A stretch of DNA of 63,994 bases, the filler included, from Basidioascus undulatus (taxonomy: Eukaryota): the NCBI GenBank assembly GCA_000826855.1. It is 8 parts of 8 records of this genome, joined end to end, with 100 filler letters (N's around TTAATTAATTAA, not from the genome) between each part and the next. Parts side by side here need not be neighbours in the genome. Positions count along the whole stretch, not along the records: positions 56,199 to 63,994 come from JTLS01001491.1; 7 more parts are not named here. One strand, given 5' to 3'. A program made the position numbers and the translations under genes. Shown here piece after piece: positions 61,925 through 63,994 of the stretch (its first letter is position 1; the number at the start of each line of letters is the position of its first letter). The notes beneath the pieces are model-generated. The model was not told the origin of the DNA, made no database searches, and worked only from the letters and a program-made list of their open reading frames with translations.

Positions 61925-63994
61925 ATGAGTCAACGCCACCACCCCTACGGCGGGTATGACGACCGCCCTTCCCGCGGGGGGTACCGGGGCGGACGCGGCG
62001 GGGGACGCGGTGACCACTCTGGCGGCGGGGGAGGGTCGCGTCCCCCTCCGGTGCGGTACGACGATGCTCCTGCTTCCTGGCCGCCCGCGTCTTCTGGGTA
62101 CGACACGCCCCCGTACGGCGCGCCTCCCCCCGCTGCGGGGGGATGGGGCGCCTACCCCCCGCCGCCACCCCCGCCGGCGCACTATGTCGGCGCTGGAGCG
62201 GGGTACGACGAGGACGCGTATGGCGGGGTCGCGTATGGGCGGTATGGTGGTGGCGGACCGCCGGGGGAGGAGGATGAGTGGAGTGGCCCGCCGAGGGGGG
62301 AGAGACGGCCGGGGAGGGGGAGAGATGAAGGTGCGTTTGCTGCTGTTGAGTCGAAGGCGCTTCCTGTGAGGTGGAAGAAGAGAGAGAGAGAAGAGAGAGA
62401 AGGAAGAGGAAGATTAGTGAGAGGAAGAGGCTGGGTTGGAAGAGCCTGGGAAAGGGAAGTGGGAAGCTGGAAGTTGGAAGGGAAGACGTGAGACGTGAAC
62501 GCGAGAGAGTTGAGCCGTGAGGGAAAGCTCGTCTTCGTCTTCGTTTTCAGAGCCCCATACAGATCGAATCTCAGCGTCAACTTCCATCGAACATAACGTG
62601 AAGCGTCCGCCCGAAAGCTCAACTCCCTTCTCGTCCCACCCCGTCAGATTTCCGCCCCTCGCGCCGGCAACACGAAGCGATCATCTCCGAGCGGCTCTCG
62701 CGCGAGCGCCCGTGCCGGACGCTGTTTATCAGGAACATCAACGTGTGTGGTCCCCTCCCGTCTTCCTTCCAACCATCTCGCTCGCGCGTTCCCTACACGT
62801 CTTCCTCCTCCCCATCTTCCGTCCCTCCCTTCCCCTCCTTCGCCCCTCCTCGCCCAACTCGATGTTCGAACCCCCGAGAGAGCGAGAGACAGAGAGCCGA
62901 GACCCAGCTCCGAGGGAGATTGAGAACGAGAAACTGAGAGAGATGGTGATGTGGGTGTGACAGTACGAAGCCGACCCCCGCGAGGTCCGCCGCCCCTTTG
63001 AAGAGTTCGGCGAGATCAAGAGCTTCTTCGACCTCATCGGCAAGCGCGGGATGATCTTTGTTTCCTATGTCCGTCACCTTCCCCCCTCCCCTTCCTCCTC
63101 ACCTCTCCCCCCTCCTTGGTCCCCTCCCCTCCTCCCGCGCAGATGAAAGCTGAACAAAATGGGAACGGTTCGGGAGAACAGTACGACATCCGCTGCGCCG
63201 AAAATGCACGGAACACGCTGCAGAATGCCGAGATCGGTGGGAGGGCGGTGCGTCCTCGCACTAGGATCCCCTGGGAGGGAAGTGGGGCTGACTTGCGGGT
63301 GGTTGTGTAGGTCGACGTGCACTACTCCCTCCCGCGCGCCGACGAGCAATCGCAGCGGTGCGATCGGGAGAAGAACCAGGTCTGTCGTCTTCTTTCTCTC
63401 CCCCCGTTCCTTCTGCAGATGGCACGGACGACTGAGACGAGACAGCGTGACAGGGCTCTCTCTTCGTCTGGCTCAAGAACGCCTCCGGCCCGATCGACGA
63501 GGCCGAGCTGAAGCGCAAGTTTTCTGCGTACGGCGAGATCCGTGCTGTAAGGCCGCATAAGGACCGGCCTGAGTGCGTGGTTCCTCCTCTGTTCCCCCCT
63601 TTCCTATGTGGTGATGTTGACAATTGTGGGCCGGCGGGGACGTCCAGCCAGCGCTTCGTGGAATTCTTCGACTCGCGGCATACCATCAACGCGCACGACG
63701 GGCTGAACGACAAGCCACTGCAGGATGGGGTTATGGAGGTCCGTTTCGCGTGGGACGCGCCGGCTGCTGCTGCGCCTCGGTTCGTCCACCACTTCCTCTT
63801 CCTCCCACCCTCTCATTCTCTCCTCCCTCTTTACCACTCCCACCCCCACTCCCTCTCCCTCTCCTCTCCCTCTCCCTCTTCCTCGGTAGCTCACATTTGC
63901 CGCCGCACAGAGCACGCGACCTCGCACACGAGGAGGAGCGCGAGCGCGAGCGCGGGCGCGGGGGGTACCGGGGCGGTTAGAGATCGGAAGAAAG
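61925..63994 (+). CDS. RGG + tandem-RRM RNA-binding protein (Mei2-like RRM1/2), 3' end uncertain
   Basis: MSQRHHPYGG RGG-rich leader, ERPCRTLFIRNIN|YE...FEEFGEIKSFFDLIGKRGMIFVSY|YDIRCAE...VHYSLPR...NQ|GSLFV...FSAYGEIRAV...RFVEFFDSR. Confidence 0.85.

Overview
This is not a contiguous locus. It is eight unrelated ~7.9-kb contigs (7955, 7931, 7930, 7925, 7920, 7919, 7918 and >=7796 bp, i.e. sorted by length) joined by artificial 100-bp N44-TTAATTAATTAA-N44 spacers. The DNA is from a GC-rich, intron-dense fungus, very likely a basidiomycete, so most entries in the six-frame ORF track are spurious; genes were rebuilt by hand across introns. Recognisable genes: RPS0, a Git3/Gpr1-type GPCR fragment spliced in frame to a BAG-domain exon, a FMP10/THEM4-like thioesterase, TFIIIC subunit 6, a Bim1/X325-like GPI protein, an F-box/RPEL-like protein, a FAD monooxygenase, IWR1, an OPT transporter pseudogene, IML1/DEPDC5 (3' part), flavocytochrome b2, an intron-containing tRNA-Asp, SYP1/FCHo, a Rab5 GTPase and a Mei2-like RRM protein. 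Also present are several decayed F-box/LRR-like genes, a CpG-depleted repeat relic and a mosaic NUMT (cob + LAGLIDADG tail + nad5 + group I intron pieces). The top candidate for new biology is the Bim1/X325-like surface protein at 25315-26596. It appears to have lost the second copper-binding His, carries a Pra1-type zincophore motif (HCHSHANGEEHC, visible only after splicing), and lies ~130 bp downstream of a near-consensus Zap1 zinc-responsive element. It may be a cell-surface zinc-capture protein built on a copper-protein fold.
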